A stretch of DNA of 62,672 nucleotides, counting the filler, from Sanchytrium tribonematis (lineage: Eukaryota): the NCBI GenBank assembly GCA_018985235.1. It is 12 parts of 12 records of this genome, joined end to end, with 100 filler letters (N's around TTAATTAATTAA, not from the genome) between each part and the next. Parts side by side here need not be neighbours in the genome. Positions count along the whole stretch, not along the records: positions 26,240 to 29,808 come from JADGIG010000841.1; positions 29,909 to 33,477 come from JADGIG010000842.1; positions 33,578 to 37,140 come from JADGIG010000843.1; positions 37,241 to 40,795 come from JADGIG010000844.1; 8 more parts are not named here. The stretch is one strand, 5' to 3'. The notes beneath the pieces were generated by a model. It did not search any database. It saw nothing but the letters and a program-made list of their open reading frames with translations, and had not been told where the DNA came from. A program made the translations under genes and the position numbers. Positions 26,240 through 39,060 of the stretch are shown piece by piece (positions within the stretch are counted from its first letter, which is position 1; every line of letters begins with the position of its first letter).

Positions 26240-26534
26240 CAAGTGTTCCAAATTAATTATAATGGATGAAGCAACAGCCAGTATCGACTCGGAGACTGAC
26301 ACTAAAATTCAACAGACCATCCGTACTGAATTTAAAGATTCTACAATTTTATGTATCGCTCATCGATTGAGAACTGTCATTGACTTTGATCGTATTATGG
26401 TACTTGATCATGGAGAAATAGTTGAATTTAATACTCCATTTACACTGATTATGAAAGATAATGGGCTGTTCATGAAAATGTGTAAAGAATCTGGAGATTT
26501 TGATTTTTTGAAGAAAAGAGCCACAAAAAGCTGA
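26240..26534 (+). CDS. ABCC (MRP/Ycf1-type) transporter, C-terminal end
   Basis: IIMDEATASID..IQQTIRTEF..TILCIAHRLRTV. Confidence 0.92.
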
Positions 26535-26590
26535 TAATGCACTTTATTTTTTAATATCCCTATAAAATTATGTGGAAATGAATATGCAAA

Positions 26591-27754
26591 TTATTTAACC
26601 CAATTCAAAGCTCGAAAAGTATCCAAAAAGGAGCACCAACTCACATAGGTCCCTCTCAAATGCCGGTCACCCGTAAATGCACGCCTGCCATGTGCAATTC
26701 TATTATTCGCAAACACAACTGCTTCATTGTCTTGCAATTTGAATTCAATTAAATTGGACGACAAAATCCGTTCATATGCATTCATACTTTTATACCAATT
26801 ATTAATTTGTGAGACTGTGGAACCAAATAAGGTGCCTTGAAAGGGAGGACTGTAACTAACCTGCTGTACCTTGTCATTTTCCATTGTAATTAATGGCCTA
26901 CTGTATTTTAACCAATGTGAGTCAGAATGGTATTCATAGGTTACATTAAGTCTCGTGAGTTCGTAATGTTCATCAAATCTTTGCATTACTTCATTTGCAG
27001 CATAGTGGCAATCCGCAAAAGTGTTTGCTCCACCCTCTGCAGAGTTTTTTAGGCAATGTAAAATTTGAACACCTGGTGGATCTTTAAAATACATCAGATC
27101 CATATGAAGACCCAATTCTCCAGCAGTATATGCGACATTAATAGCATTTGTGGTATTTTTGACATCCCAGGATTTTCCGTAAAATGTGTCGTAAATTGGA
27201 CCAAATTTCTGTCCAATAATTTCTACTGTGTCAGTCTTTGGCGGGCAGTTTTTGATGACCAAAATTCCATCAAAATATAATCTATTAACACATTCTTTGA
27301 AACAAGAGTTCACAAAGTCATTGTAGTCCACTTTAAGGCTTTCGATTTTTGAATTAAAATCGGATCCCCAAAGGTTGTATTCTGGTAGTTGGATATCTTC
27401 TGATCTATCAGTGTCTATTAGCCAGTTTAAGGGATATTGTGAGACCATTTCCGGTGCAGCTGTTTGATGGATTCCATTCAAAGGAGTGTCAAGTTTTGTT
27501 GAGGGCCATGTAATATTGACGAACCATTCTCCTTTAAATTCAACATCAATTTTTATTGCTTTGGCTTCGTAGAATTGACCGCTGCATTGATTTTTTTGCC
27601 CACTTGCCAGTATATTTTGGGTGGCATGATCCCGCAGCCAAGCCAATGATTTTTTTATAACCACGTTATTGTACTCAATATCTATACTCTTGCTGTGATT
27701 ATAAATTTTAGGCTTTATAAGATGTTTGGGTAGCTGAAGTGCGTATTTATTCAT
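26591..27754 (-). CDS. Gamma-butyrobetaine/trimethyllysine dioxygenase family (TauD-like)
   Basis: WLRDH N-terminal domain, NVAYT..LGLHMD, QILHC, NNRIAHGR. Confidence 0.9.
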   Translation of the reverse strand: MNKYALQLPKHLIKPKIYNHSKSIDIEYNNVVIKKSLAWLRDHATQNILASGQKNQCSGQFYEAKAIKIDVEFKGEWFVNITWPSTKLDTPLNGIHQTAAPEMVSQYPLNWLIDTDRSEDIQLPEYNLWGSDFNSKIESLKVDYNDFVNSCFKECVNRLYFDGILVIKNCPPKTDTVEIIGQKFGPIYDTFYGKSWDVKNTTNAINVAYTAGELGLHMDLMYFKDPPGVQILHCLKNSAEGGANTFADCHYAANEVMQRFDEHYELTRLNVTYEYHSDSHWLKYSRPLITMENDKVQQVSYSPPFQGTLFGSTVSQINNWYKSMNAYERILSSNLIEFKLQDNEAVVFANNRIAHGRRAFTGDRHLRGTYVSWCSFLDTFRALNWVK

Positions 27755-27871
27755 GAGTTTTAAAAATAAATTTTAACAACAGTGACATCAAAAAGAGGAG
27801 ATCGGGGATTTGTTTTGACAATTATTCACGTGTTTAATTTTGTACTATTTCTCACAAAAGACTGCCAACAA

Positions 27872-28483
27872 ATGGGAGCATACCGATATTTGGAAGAATT
27901 ATCCAACAAAAAACAATCTGATGTTGCTAGATTTTTAAACAGAATCAGAACCTGGGAATACAGACAATTACCAGTTGTACACAAATGCAAACCTTCTCGT
28001 GTTGACAAAGCACACAGAATGGGATATAAAGCAAAGCAAGGAATTGTAACATACAGAATCCGTGTTCGTCGTGGAGGTAGAAAGAAGCCTGTTCACAAAG
28101 GTATTGTTTACGGTAAGCCAGGTAGCCAGGGAGTTACTCAATTGAAAAACCAAAAGTCTCACCAATGTATTGCTGAGGGTAGAATCGGTAAGCGATGTGG
28201 AAACATGAGAGTTTTGAATTCTTACTGGGCTGGACAAGATGCAACTTACAAATTTTTTGAAGTCATTCTTGTAGACCCACAACACGCTGCTATCAGAGCT
28301 GACCCACATTACCAATGGATCTGCAGCAACAAGATGAAGCACAGAGAATCTAGAGGTTTGACAAGTGCCACTAAGAAGAGTCGTGGTATTGGAAAGGGAC
28401 ATCGTTATAATCAAACCACTGGTGGTTCAAGAAGAGCTGCTTGGAAGAGAAACAATCAATGGTCTCTCAGAAGATATCGATAA
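27872..28483 (+). CDS. RPL15: 60S ribosomal protein L15
   Basis: [30 protein letters not shown]..; true ATG at 27872. Confidence 0.98.
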   Translation: MGAYRYLEELSNKKQSDVARFLNRIRTWEYRQLPVVHKCKPSRVDKAHRMGYKAKQGIVTYRIRVRRGGRKKPVHKGIVYGKPGSQGVTQLKNQKSHQCIAEGRIGKRCGNMRVLNSYWAGQDATYKFFEVILVDPQHAAIRADPHYQWICSNKMKHRESRGLTSATKKSRGIGKGHRYNQTTGGSRRAAWKRNNQWSLRRYR

Positions 28484-28501
28484 TAAATTTATTGATTTTC
28501 A

Positions 28502-29109
28502 TTACAATTTCAGTTTGGGCTTTCCTAGAAAATTTCTTACAAACCAAACTTGAAGAATGGCACTCGTAATCATGATCCCAGACTCGATTAATGCAAAATG
28601 AAAGATTCTATTTTCGGTGTTCTCCACAGTGTGCATATTTCTACGGACTCTAACAGAATAGAATCTTGCGTTTTTCATATAATTACTCATAGAATTGTAA
28701 ATATCATCAACATATTTGTCCAAAGCATCAGTACTTGTCTGAATAAGTCATTTAATACCTTCTTCTGATGTAAGCCATATTCACCTTCTACGGTAATATC
28801 GACTGCGACTTCTTTTTGTGCCACTGATGCTTTTCCATTCCAAAAACAAAATGAATACTCGCCTTGTTTCTCAAGAGCAAATACAATATCAGTTTGTTTT
28901 TCTTTGGCTCCTTGGACTAATATGGTATTTGCAGGATCTTTGACTTCATAATCAACATCATATTCTCCTCCATTTTGAACAGCAAAGTAAAATCCCAATT
29001 TCTTCGTTTTTTGTTCTACGGTGGCCAAGTGATAAAAGCATTGCTTTTCTGTTGGTTGGATTAAAGCGTACAAGCTCATTGAATAAATTGATAAAATATG
29101 TATTAGCAT
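28502..29109 (-). CDS. p24/emp24 GOLD-domain cargo receptor, two exons
   Basis: CFY..FAVQNGG..GEYSFCF GOLD domain; RRNMHTVENTENRI plus TM; frames joined by 20-nt intron 28739-28758. Confidence 0.9.
28739..28758 (-). other. 20-nt spliceosomal intron
   Basis: gtattaaatgacttattcag; removal gives HQKK/TSTDALDKYV. Confidence 0.85.
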
Positions 29110-29190
29110 TAATTGCAAAGTTTGAAAAATTATTGAAATTTTATATTTATTACCAAAGTATCAATTACAAATTTATACTTGTGCAATGGT

Positions 29191-29808
29191 TTAATTGGCT
29201 TTGGTTAACAGTAAATGCTTTCTCCTTTTAGGTTGATTAAAATAGCCTATACTCCAAGGACCCTCGCTATTGTGAGAGTAGAAATCCATCGGATATTCGA
29301 GAATTTCAAAATTGTTTTCCAAGACATTATAAGCTTCAAATGTATTCAACAGTGGTATTTTGCTTTCGTGAGCCCAATCGACTGAGAGTCTAGGACAACT
29401 TATTTGTACAAATGCGTCAATTTTACATGATTCCAAATCTGTCAAATCAATTTCGCTCATCATAAATAAAGTAGTCTCAATTCCGTTGTCTTTGCATTTC
29501 TTTCTGAGTTCATCTACAACATAGGGATTTCCCTGCCTTCCTAGTGTTCCTTGAATAATACCCCATTTTTTAGCTTTCTTGGCAACTGTCATAGCACGTT
29601 GTCTTATCTGCTTCATTTTATTAATTTCGTATTGCTCGTGAGATATTAATTTAGTAAACGGGTCATATCTATAAAAATTTAAATGTGGATTTTGAATCAT
29701 AACGCTTTCTAAATGAAATCTGCCATCAGCAACAAATATAACCGTGCCCTCTTTAATTTTAGGACTTGTGCAGCCAAGAACCTCTCCTTTAGAAAGTGGT
29801 CTACTTTG
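29191..29808 (-). CDS. DPH1: Diphthamide synthesis protein Dph1, 5' partial
   Basis: PLSKGEVLGCTSP, DGRFHLES, GTLGRQG, CPRLSVDW, YPMDFY. Confidence 0.93.
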   Translation of the reverse strand, partial: QSRPLSKGEVLGCTSPKIKEGTVIFVADGRFHLESVMIQNPHLNFYRYDPFTKLISHEQYEINKMKQIRQRAMTVAKKAKKWGIIQGTLGRQGNPYVVDELRKKCKDNGIETTLFMMSEIDLTDLESCKIDAFVQISCPRLSVDWAHESKIPLLNTFEAYNVLENNFEILEYPMDFYSHNSEGPWSIGYFNQPKRRKHLLLTKAN

Positions 29809-29908
29809 NNNNNNNNNNNNNNNNNNNNNNNNNNNNNNNNNNNNNNNNNNNNTTAATTAATTAANNNNNNNNNNNNNNNNNNNNNNNNNNNNNNNNNNNN
29901 NNNNNNNN
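29809..29908. other. Artificial contig spacer
   Basis: N44-TTAATTAATTAA-N44. Confidence 0.99.
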
Positions 29909-30233
29909 ACGCAAATTCAATATACTGCGTATTATTCATTTGAATCGTATGAATCCATTTAAATTCATGATCTTCTAAAATAAAGGTATTCTTTCTATCT
30001 GTTTTTAAATGGGTGATATTCTTTTTAAATACCAAATTCCAATAATCTTTGGCTATCCATTTTAAACATTGCAATGGATCTGCAAATGGAGCCATTTGGA
30101 GTGAATTTAATTCTACTAATTGTTCACCAACTGATTTACCAATCTTCCTGACTTTCTCTAAATGTAATGAATCACATAATTGCCAGTAGAATAAATTGGC
30201 AAGTGGCTCATGAATAAATGCAGAAGTCGTCAT
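29909..30233 (-). CDS. TRS33: TRAPP subunit Trs33/TRAPPC6, 3' partial
   Basis: IGKSVGEQLVE..LKWIAKDYWNLVFKKNITHLKT. Confidence 0.85.
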
Positions 30234-30262
30234 TGCGTTTCAAAAAATAAAAAATCAATTTA

Positions 30263-30547
30263 TTATCGTCCATATTTCTGGAAACTCCATTGTTGATTAT
30301 CTAATGGACAAACCTGTCTACTCTGCAACCATCTACTGATACAATGATAATGAAATGCATGATTACAAGTACCCCATGCGACAGTACACTCGGTATCTTG
30401 CGCAGAATTGGATTGACATTCAATACATGGATCCATCAAGTTATTTCTGCATATAGCACATGTTTCTACTTCAATATTCCATGACCATAGTGCAACAGCA
30501 TTGAATTTCTTGATCTCAAAGAACTTTTTATTTGAAGTCGCACTCAT
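30263..30547 (-). CDS. RBX1: RING-box protein Rbx1/Hrt1
   Basis: [42 protein letters not shown]. Confidence 0.96.
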   Translation of the reverse strand: MSATSNKKFFEIKKFNAVALWSWNIEVETCAICRNNLMDPCIECQSNSAQDTECTVAWGTCNHAFHYHCISRWLQSRQVCPLDNQQWSFQKYGR

Positions 30548-30676
30548 GTTGCACGGAGAAGCATCACAAAAAAACAATTGAAATATTAAATTCCCCATTA
30601 TTTAATGGCTATTTTAATGGCTCATTCGCACCAATCAATTCCAGATAAATGGGTATAAATAGAATCACGTCACAAA

Positions 30677-31534
30677 ATGATGATGGACGCACAGAAAGCA
30701 TCAACAGAAACAAAGATTTATGTTGGATTGTATTCATTAGCATCTCTTGCCATTGCAGTCACCCAATTCACTGAAATCCGTCAAAAACAAGTAGATCTCA
30801 TTTGGACAGTCACTCAATCATTCAATGATGCTTTTATTGTGTTTTCTTGTTTATTATTTCTATCTGGTTTAACTGGATTAGGATTAATCTACAAAGCACA
30901 CAAATTTGCATTTTATTTCAAATGTGTGTTGGATGCTGGATTGATTATTTGTGGATTAGCAGCAGTGATTGTACAAGGCATGGCACCCAATCCACTTTAT
31001 TTACAAAATGCTGGATTTAAAACTGTTTATGACTATATCATGTTCCATAATGTGCTATGGTACATCTTTTATGTGATTTTGATTCAAGGTTATTCCATTT
31101 ATCAGACTCAAAGAATGTGTTATGGCAAACAAAGCACCATTAGAGACAGAAAAGTCATGATTATTTGCACTTGCATTTTCTTTTTAGTTCAAATATGTGA
31201 AATATTCAGTATTGGTGGTATTATCTCACAAGATAAATCAGGTATTATGACTCCTGAAAAGACTGGATATTTGATTGCACCTGGTTTATTCATGATTCCA
31301 GTGATTTTTATGGGTTTTTTGACTGCATTTGTCAAATTATCTACTTTTAAATTACTTGTCGTCATGTGTTTAGAGAGTATTTTCATTCTATTATCTGTCA
31401 TCTTCTCTGGATATTTAGTTGGTGCAAATAATGTGGTATTTAACGCATTATATGATCCAGCATCTCATTTGTTAGTTGATTTATTAGTCGGAATGGCATT
31501 GGTGATTGCAACCATGAAAATCAAAGATGAATAA
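30677..31534 (+). CDS. Multi-pass membrane protein of unknown function
   Basis: About 7-8 hydrophobic segments in a 285-aa ORF. Confidence 0.65.
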   Translation: MMMDAQKASTETKIYVGLYSLASLAIAVTQFTEIRQKQVDLIWTVTQSFNDAFIVFSCLLFLSGLTGLGLIYKAHKFAFYFKCVLDAGLIICGLAAVIVQGMAPNPLYLQNAGFKTVYDYIMFHNVLWYIFYVILIQGYSIYQTQRMCYGKQSTIRDRKVMIICTCIFFLVQICEIFSIGGIISQDKSGIMTPEKTGYLIAPGLFMIPVIFMGFLTAFVKLSTFKLLVVMCLESIFILLSVIFSGYLVGANNVVFNALYDPASHLLVDLLVGMALVIATMKIKDE

Positions 31535-31632
31535 ATATACTACGTTGAAATTGGCACGTGCATCAAATTGATTCGTTTAAAATAACGACGTATTTCTTTT
31601 TAAAACGAGGAACTCCATTTTCAATCACTAAT

Positions 31633-33289
31633 ATGTTGCGTCTGATTAGTATTTTAGTAGTTTTACTCGCTGTTTATTATTTCACACCCTCTTCTACTCA
31701 AAAACAAACAAGATCACCAGTCCCTCCATCTCTAGTTTGTAAAAATGCCCCTATTTATCAACATTCTTTAGCTGGTCAACAAGATACATTCAATTTCATC
31801 ACAGGTGTAGCCAATGTAGGTACCAAATCACCTTATTTCATTGAAATCTATCCATATACACCAAATACTCAAATAACAGTCTCTAAATCTGTGAATGCAA
31901 TTTATAGTGGTTATTTATTGGCTACACTCCCAGAAGCACCTGAATCGACTTCATTACAATCTCTACTTGCTAAAACACCCAGTTATTCATATAGTCCATC
32001 ATCCACTTTAGAATTTAATGAGCATCCTGGCACTGTTGAAATTTGTGATACTCTCGACAATATCAATAATTATCAACCAGTAGATGCCAATATCCAAGTA
32101 GAAGCATCTACATGTGATTCTGGCTATAATATCCCATTTGTAACCACCTCAATCAGCAATGCGCATGGCAATTTGTACCAATTTGAAATCCAATCAGAAA
32201 CACCCCTACAATTGAATCTCGCATTCACAACCAATGCATTTACATCCATATTTGTATATTTTAATGATCAAGTCTATCAACAACCCATGGATGGCAGTCA
32301 ACCCATTATTTTACAAGGCACAGGTCAAGTGGATATTGCAATTTCTTCTCAACTCGGAATGGGTCATTTTATACTCAATAGTGTCACTGCATGTCCCATA
32401 AATCAATTAAATCCACGTACAGATGTATTTAAAGATCATAAATGTGCTACAATCCCAACTACACAATTTATTTATTATCCCACTGGTCAAACTGTTAAAT
32501 CCACCATTACAGAAACCATTTATCAATTACCATTCACTAATATCCAATTTCCAGCCAATACCATCTTTAATTCTGGTAAATCTGAATTATTTGGTCATTT
32601 TCAAGTATCTATCACCCATAATCCCATTATAGCCTCTATTCTCATCATATCTGTGTTTAATAGACAATCTGATGACATTTCAATTTGTACAGATGGGAAT
32701 ATTTTAAATCAATTATTAAATCAATTAAATTCTATAAATTCAGGTGAGAATCCATCTAATTGTAAATCACTCACTGCTACACTCGCAGAAATACCATATT
32801 TATACAATCCAGTATTATTTAATGGATATTCAGATCAGAAATACCAATTAAATGAATTAATAAACATGTCTTCTATATTTTCAATTTCAACCAATACGCC
32901 AATGAGTTACTATTTAGGACAAGCATATGCCAATTTTTTAGGAGGCTATTCGACTAGAGCAGCTGTATTGGGATTTAATAGTATTCAAATGGTGCATTCA
33001 TTTAATAAAATTCAAGTGAATTCAGATGTGGTCAAATTGGAGAATGTTCAATTGTATTTTGATGAAGATCCTGGTACTGTGACATATTGCAGTACAAATG
33101 ATTATAAAATATCATTTATCAAAGTCATATTAACTAATTTAGGAGATAGGGAGTGGGACGACAAGTGATTCAGGAACTGGGACATCACAGAATAATGCGA
33201 GTAAATTTCCAACCAATGTGCCAAAATTACAGAATAGTGGGATGCAATCAAGTGGATTATTCATGATTTTGATGATTTTGATGCAATAA
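31633..33289 (+). CDS. Putative GPI-anchored surface protein, two exons
   Basis: N-terminal hydrophobic signal; removing 19-nt intron 33124-33142 adds an S/T/G linker, NSG and hydrophobic tail LFMILMILMQ*. Confidence 0.65.
33124..33142 (+). other. 19-nt spliceosomal intron (candidate)
   Basis: gtcatattaactaatttag, phase 0; weaker donor than the other four. Confidence 0.7.
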
Positions 33290-33477
33290 AAATGAATTTT
33301 ATTACTTTTCAGGCAAATGGAGCTAAAATGCGTTGATTTAAATTTAATGGATGTTTGATATTTGGATCTTCAAATGTGATTTCATATCTACCTTGATCTG
33401 TTAATAATTCTTTAAACATGCCTCTGAAATGTCGATTAATGTAACAAATGGGTTCATTTTTGGCATTTTTGATGACA

Positions 33478-33577
33478 NNNNNNNNNNNNNNNNNNNNNNN
33501 NNNNNNNNNNNNNNNNNNNNNTTAATTAATTAANNNNNNNNNNNNNNNNNNNNNNNNNNNNNNNNNNNNNNNNNNNN
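33478..33577. other. Artificial contig spacer
   Basis: N44-TTAATTAATTAA-N44. Confidence 0.99.
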
Positions 33578-36500
33578 AGCTCATCACCTTTCAGAAAAAT
33601 CACATTATCCCAAGTAAAAAATCCCATAAGTACGTTTAAATACATTTCTGGGCAGCAATCTTTATATATCAGCTCTGTAATCTTCAACGACATGTCCAGA
33701 AATTTTGTCTGTCGTAGTGATAAAGAGTAGCGCATCAAAACCAACATAATTGACTCGCATCTTCTTTTCTGGTGAACACTTAAGAAAGACTTAAGCGCTT
33801 GGATTATAAAATCATAAAAATCAGACAGCCTACAATTTATCAAAAAGACCAAGCATTTTGAAATAATATCGTCATCATCCATCATGTTAGTATTGATCGG
33901 TAGCATAATTGTTAGTATTTTAAAAAAACTAGGAAAATAAGAATTGTGGCTCGACTTAAATCTATTAAATATTTCTTTTATCAATTCCAATGCCATTTCC
34001 ACATGCTGCGTTTTTATAATTTGTAAGATCGGTGTTAAATTCTTTGCTTTGAGTTGACTCTGTAATAGCAGCGAACTCAAATTGCGATTTTCTTCTGGAA
34101 ACGATATCAAGTTTACTAGCGTGATCAAGTAGGTACTCGGTTCAACAACCTCAAGATTCATGACTGCTAGAGAATAGTAGATAGCCTTGTTAGAGCTTAT
34201 TTGGTTAGTATATATTCTTTCAACGAGTTCACCTTGTAGATATGGATTAAGCGTAATCATATTTTTTAAACTTTGACTTGTTTTTCCGGCTCTATTTGGC
34301 AACAGAGAAACATCATCAAGAACACACTCAATGAAGTCTATATATGACATGAAATTATTAGCATCATAAACTATCTCATTTTCCGATTTGGATTCTTTTT
34401 TAAAAGACCGGCTTCCGACCTTTAAAATTAAATTTACAGACTCTTCTTGTAGCTCTAATAATGATTGATCGAATAAATAAGCAACTTTCTCTTTTTCTGA
34501 TATTTCTCTCAGACTTTCAGTCATTCTCGAGACAGCAGTGTCATGTTTATTCATCAATGCCGGCACTTTGTAATAACCAGACCAGTTTTTGACTTCATCC
34601 GTAAATTCGGAAAGTAATTTAGCTCCAAAATACAAAGTTATTTCTTCAACTAAGTCGTACAAATGACCTAATATGATATTGAAGTTGATTTTTAATGAAT
34701 AATATTCGCCATCGACAATATTATGGTCACTTTTTACATATTCAAATAATGGCGGCAACAAGATTTCGCATGTTGTGTGTAGGGTAGAAGAAATTCCGTC
34801 AGTTTTAGCGATTAAATTTGTAAATATTGATAACCATTCAATAGACTTTTGCTCTAGCTTGATGAATTTTTTTGATCGTTTTGGTGACCTGAGATTAATT
34901 TCGTTGACCAATTTCTCAAGTTCTTCGTCAAATTCCTTTAAAAGCAGCTCACTTACCAATGATTTGTACTTTCTAAACATATCAACAACCATGGTCCTAC
35001 AATTAACATTGCTCATTGACATAACATACCGAATGAGCGAGGCAAATTTTTTGATCTGCTTGGAGTGAGTGGGATCGAGAGTATTTGTAGCAAATAAAAA
35101 CATAAGGTAGCAATCAAGGTCATCGTAAACTTTATGATCCAAGTTCACTTTTGGAGACCAAATTAATGTAGCAGATTCTAACGACATATTGATTTCATTG
35201 ATTAGAATTTCTGTCGCGTGCAAAATTTCATCTCTAAAAATAAAAAATTCTGAAATATTGTCTGCTGCATACGACTTGGACACATTGAAGCACATTTCTC
35301 TCCAAGATTCTTCTTTCTTTTCTGTCTTGTAGACCTTTCTCCATGACTTCATAAATGAGTGAGTGTGATAATCCTTCGATTCAAATAGTCTTGAAAGTCT
35401 CTTTTCTAGTCCCAAATCATTGGTAATTTTTGACAAAATATCGAGCAAGTGGACACTGCAACTAGACAGCATCAAATCGTTTGATAACAAAATCATGCAG
35501 GTGTACACCTCCACGATAATGAAGGAGTCTAAAAATTGAGTAAGAGGAATATGTAATGCTCCAGATCTCATCAATTCGCACAAAGAATTTACAATTCCAA
35601 CTCTTTCAACAAATCCCAGGCCATCTGTCATGACCCATCGCAGTGGGTTGGACAGAAGCGGCAATTTTCTAATTAGGTATTCTAAGGCAAATTTTAGCAT
35701 GTCAGGAGACTCAGTTTCTTTTAGACAAAAAATTGAAGCTTGAGATACAGGTTTTGAAATACATAAGACTCCATGGATAACTGATTTAGCTCTTAGACTA
35801 AAATCAAAATTCGGAAGCAAAACTTTCTCAAATTCAAATATCAATTTATAGGTATCCAATAAAAATCTATCATTAATCGTCTGAAAATTAGACACTATTG
35901 ATGACAACTTCTCTGTGGCATTCGTAGATTGAAAAGGTAATTCAACAAATTTCTGAGGTGAGTATTTATCTCCAAAAAACGTCATATCATAAAAAAGCTG
36001 GAAAGATACATTGAGGTATCTAAAAATTACGATATGTACTATTTTGAGCACATCCTCGATCTTAAATTTCAGAATGGAACAATTTTTGGAGGTCATTGTA
36101 TCTTCGTAACTTTGATCACACTTATAATCATTCAGGCTATCATATTCTGAAATGAAATAAGAATAATAACAAAGATTTAGAATACCTAGATAAAACCTTT
36201 CATGACAAAAATTGTCAACCTTGCCATTATTGTTCATTACTAAGTCTTGTTGCAACCAAATGAGTATTATTTTTTTAAATGCGGTATCAGGATATTTAAT
36301 AAAAATCGGGAAAAAAAGTCTGATTATAAGTATTGGTGAATATTCTTGCAAATTTGCACCTCTCTTACCCGACGGAAAAATTGTGGAAAACAGAGTTAGT
36401 AGTGGCTTTAAACTGGCAACTCCAGAACTGTATTTGGAAACATAGGTGTATGTCAGTCTATTCATATAGTAAATAGCCTGATTTCTAGTTGTAGAGTCCT

Positions 36501-37140
36501 TATATTTAATTCCGATTTCAAGAAGTTGTATCCAATAAAGCACAAACTTGTCTTCTGGGCATACACACAGTATTGTTACGCATAATGGGAAATTATAACT
36601 GGCGTATTTTGATTTGCTCAAAAGTTTGAACAATTTTGCAAATATGTCTTCCACAAAAGTTGCCCATGCAGGAATTCGAAGTTCGGCTTTTAAGAGGTGA
36701 ATAGCTGGAAGAAGTAATTTGACAATTGTGTCCGATAAAGTTTTTTTCAAAGGATGTTCGTTACAGGAAATAAAAATGTCACAAATTGATTTTAAAAATT
36801 CGGCCGATTCTTCCAACTTATCAACAGGATAAAATTTTAGATTCATATGCCTTATGAATTTGCAAACCTTGTCAATATTTTTTTCATCGGCTGTCATCTG
36901 AGCTAGAAGCTTGTCAGAAACCGCTATGAACCGGACCTCTGAAATGGTCTGCAGCAGTTTGACAATATTCTTGAAGAAAAACTGAGTGAGAGGTTTTTGC
37001 TTTGTAGTGGCAAACTTGTCAATTAATCTGAAAAGAGAAGTTTCAATGGAGAATCCAAGCTTGGTTTTCTTCAATTCGGCAGGGCATCCTTCAAAAGCTG
37101 ATCCAAGTAAGCGAGCGCTCAAGGACAAGCACAAAATAAC
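33578..37140 (-). CDS. TAO3: Tao3/Mor2/Furry cell-morphogenesis scaffold, internal fragment
   Basis: RFIAVSDK, LKFYPVDKLEESAEFL, LLLPA..AELRIPAW, FPLCVTILCV, IFPSGKR; open across the whole contig. Confidence 0.8.
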
Positions 37141-37240
37141 NNNNNNNNNNNNNNNNNNNNNNNNNNNNNNNNNNNNNNNNNNNNTTAATTAATTAANNNN
37201 NNNNNNNNNNNNNNNNNNNNNNNNNNNNNNNNNNNNNNNN
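37141..37240. other. Artificial contig spacer
   Basis: N44-TTAATTAATTAA-N44. Confidence 0.99.
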
Positions 37241-38216
37241 TGGGAGAAAAGGGATAAACAGTATGGTAATAAAGTGTCAAACAACTAAGTGCAGAAGTTG
37301 CTAAGAATAAAATAACATAAAGAGGAGTATAAATTGTACGATAGTAAATTCCTTCTATTATAGGTGACACCTTAGTGTAAAATTTAATAAGCAATTGCTT
37401 CGCTTTTGAATCAGCTAAATTGACAGTTCTATAAAGCATTAAATGTCCTGACATTTTAAATGAACTAGATTCCAGCAATTTCTCTCGATCACCAATAAGC
37501 AAAAGGTCCTGCATAGCCAATGAATATTGTGCGTGGGCTCTTTGCAGCTTGATGCCCTGATCCGTTAATACACTTGGAGGTTTGTATTCAAATAAACCAA
37601 CCATTTGATGCACTTGTTGCTGAGCTTCGTTGTAGTAATCACGGTAATAAGGCAAATGACTAAGCAAAGACTCTTTGAATCGTGGAGCTTTTATAGACGA
37701 CTTTTCTAAAAAGCTCTGCGGAACTCTTAAAAGACCATTTCCCATACATAGCAAGCTGAGAAGTATACCATAAAGATTTGCTATTTGCATGCAAACAGCC
37801 TTGATAAGATCAAAGGAGAAATTTCCACGGCTGTATATGGCATAGATGACCAAAAGTACAACAGCAAGTCCGAATAGTATCACATAATATTTCAAATAAG
37901 CTTTGAGACCTAAAATGAAGCTTTGTAAAAGACTTATGGTTTGGTTATTCGCCATTGCCTTTCTTCTTACTTTAATTACAGATTGAGCATACGGGATGAG
38001 TACCCATCCTAAAGCGAACAATACCCAGTAAATGACACGAAAAGTCATGACTAAATCTACATTGCTAATATCGTAAATAATTAAAAAGGGTATTGAACTC
38101 GCAAGCAATAATGAGGCACCTGCCAATACCTTGACTACAAATGGAGTGAAGCGGTCTGAGTAGTAAATTGGTACGATCAAGATGGGCAATGAAAACGCTA
38201 GGTAATAGAAATACAT
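37241..38216 (-). CDS. LMBR1-like membrane protein, 3' partial
   Basis: FRVIYWVLFALGWVLIPYAQS and ANLYGILL..MGNGLLRVP. Confidence 0.8.
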
Positions 38217-38256
38217 TTCGTTTCAGGTTGAAATGTTTAAGAAAATATACACAGAT

Positions 38257-39060
38257 TTATTCATCAAAAGTATTCAACGGAAACTCGTAAAATAGATCAT
38301 GAACTCCCAAGTCGAATTGCGAGCCCTGGGCTTCATTTTCAACATACCACACTGGTTCATAAGGCTGAATTGGAATGTGATACTCCATCCAATCAAACGG
38401 ATTGTATAATTGTCTAGTTTCTTCGTTGTGTTTTTTAATATCACTTGGCTTGAATCCTTCGTCTCCAAATCTTGAATCTGTTCGCACCATTTTGGTATTG
38501 GCGTCAAAGGTATTGTCGGGAAAAATCAAGCCAGTTGAGGGAGTGTTTGTAATTGAGACCTTTTCCAGGCTTGGATTATCTCGCAACGAGACTGCGTTTA
38601 AAATTAATTGGCTCTCAACATTTCTGACTAATTGGTCTTCCACTTTCAACTTCATTTTTCTCTTGCGAAATGGCAAGTTGAAAATATTGCAAATTTGTTT
38701 TTCAGATTTTAATGTTTCTTTGTACACAAATTCAAATATGTTCTTAATTTCTTTCACACTAGGAATGACTACATCTTTTTTGAATAGATCTTTTAACTTC
38801 TCCACTGTGTTCTTTGGAACATAGTCGGTATCTAGAAAGATAAAAAACCTTTTCCCTTTTTTAATATAATGGAGGGGTAATAAGTGAACAAATTTAAGGT
38901 GCTTTAGGGTTTCTTCTCTGTCCTTAGATTTTATTTTTGCTTTTCCAAGCTTTTGTTCAGCGTACTTTAGCAAAATATTCCATGTTGCCACTCTTCCATC
39001 TGAATTATAAAAAAAATGCTTCACTGTCTGGGCAAATTCAAAAGATTGTGGTTCCAACAT
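38257..39060 (-). CDS. Hypothetical protein
   Basis: 267-aa ORF between conserved genes; no family recognised. Confidence 0.55.
   Translation of the reverse strand: MLEPQSFEFAQTVKHFFYNSDGRVATWNILLKYAEQKLGKAKIKSKDREETLKHLKFVHLLPLHYIKKGKRFFIFLDTDYVPKNTVEKLKDLFKKDVVIPSVKEIKNIFEFVYKETLKSEKQICNIFNLPFRKRKMKLKVEDQLVRNVESQLILNAVSLRDNPSLEKVSITNTPSTGLIFPDNTFDANTKMVRTDSRFGDEGFKPSDIKKHNEETRQLYNPFDWMEYHIPIQPYEPVWYVENEAQGSQFDLGVHDLFYEFPLNTFDE

Noticed and set aside
27826..28414. Antisense ORFs over RPL15 and similar shadow ORFs elsewhere
   Set aside because: Overlap well-supported genes and show no protein-family signal
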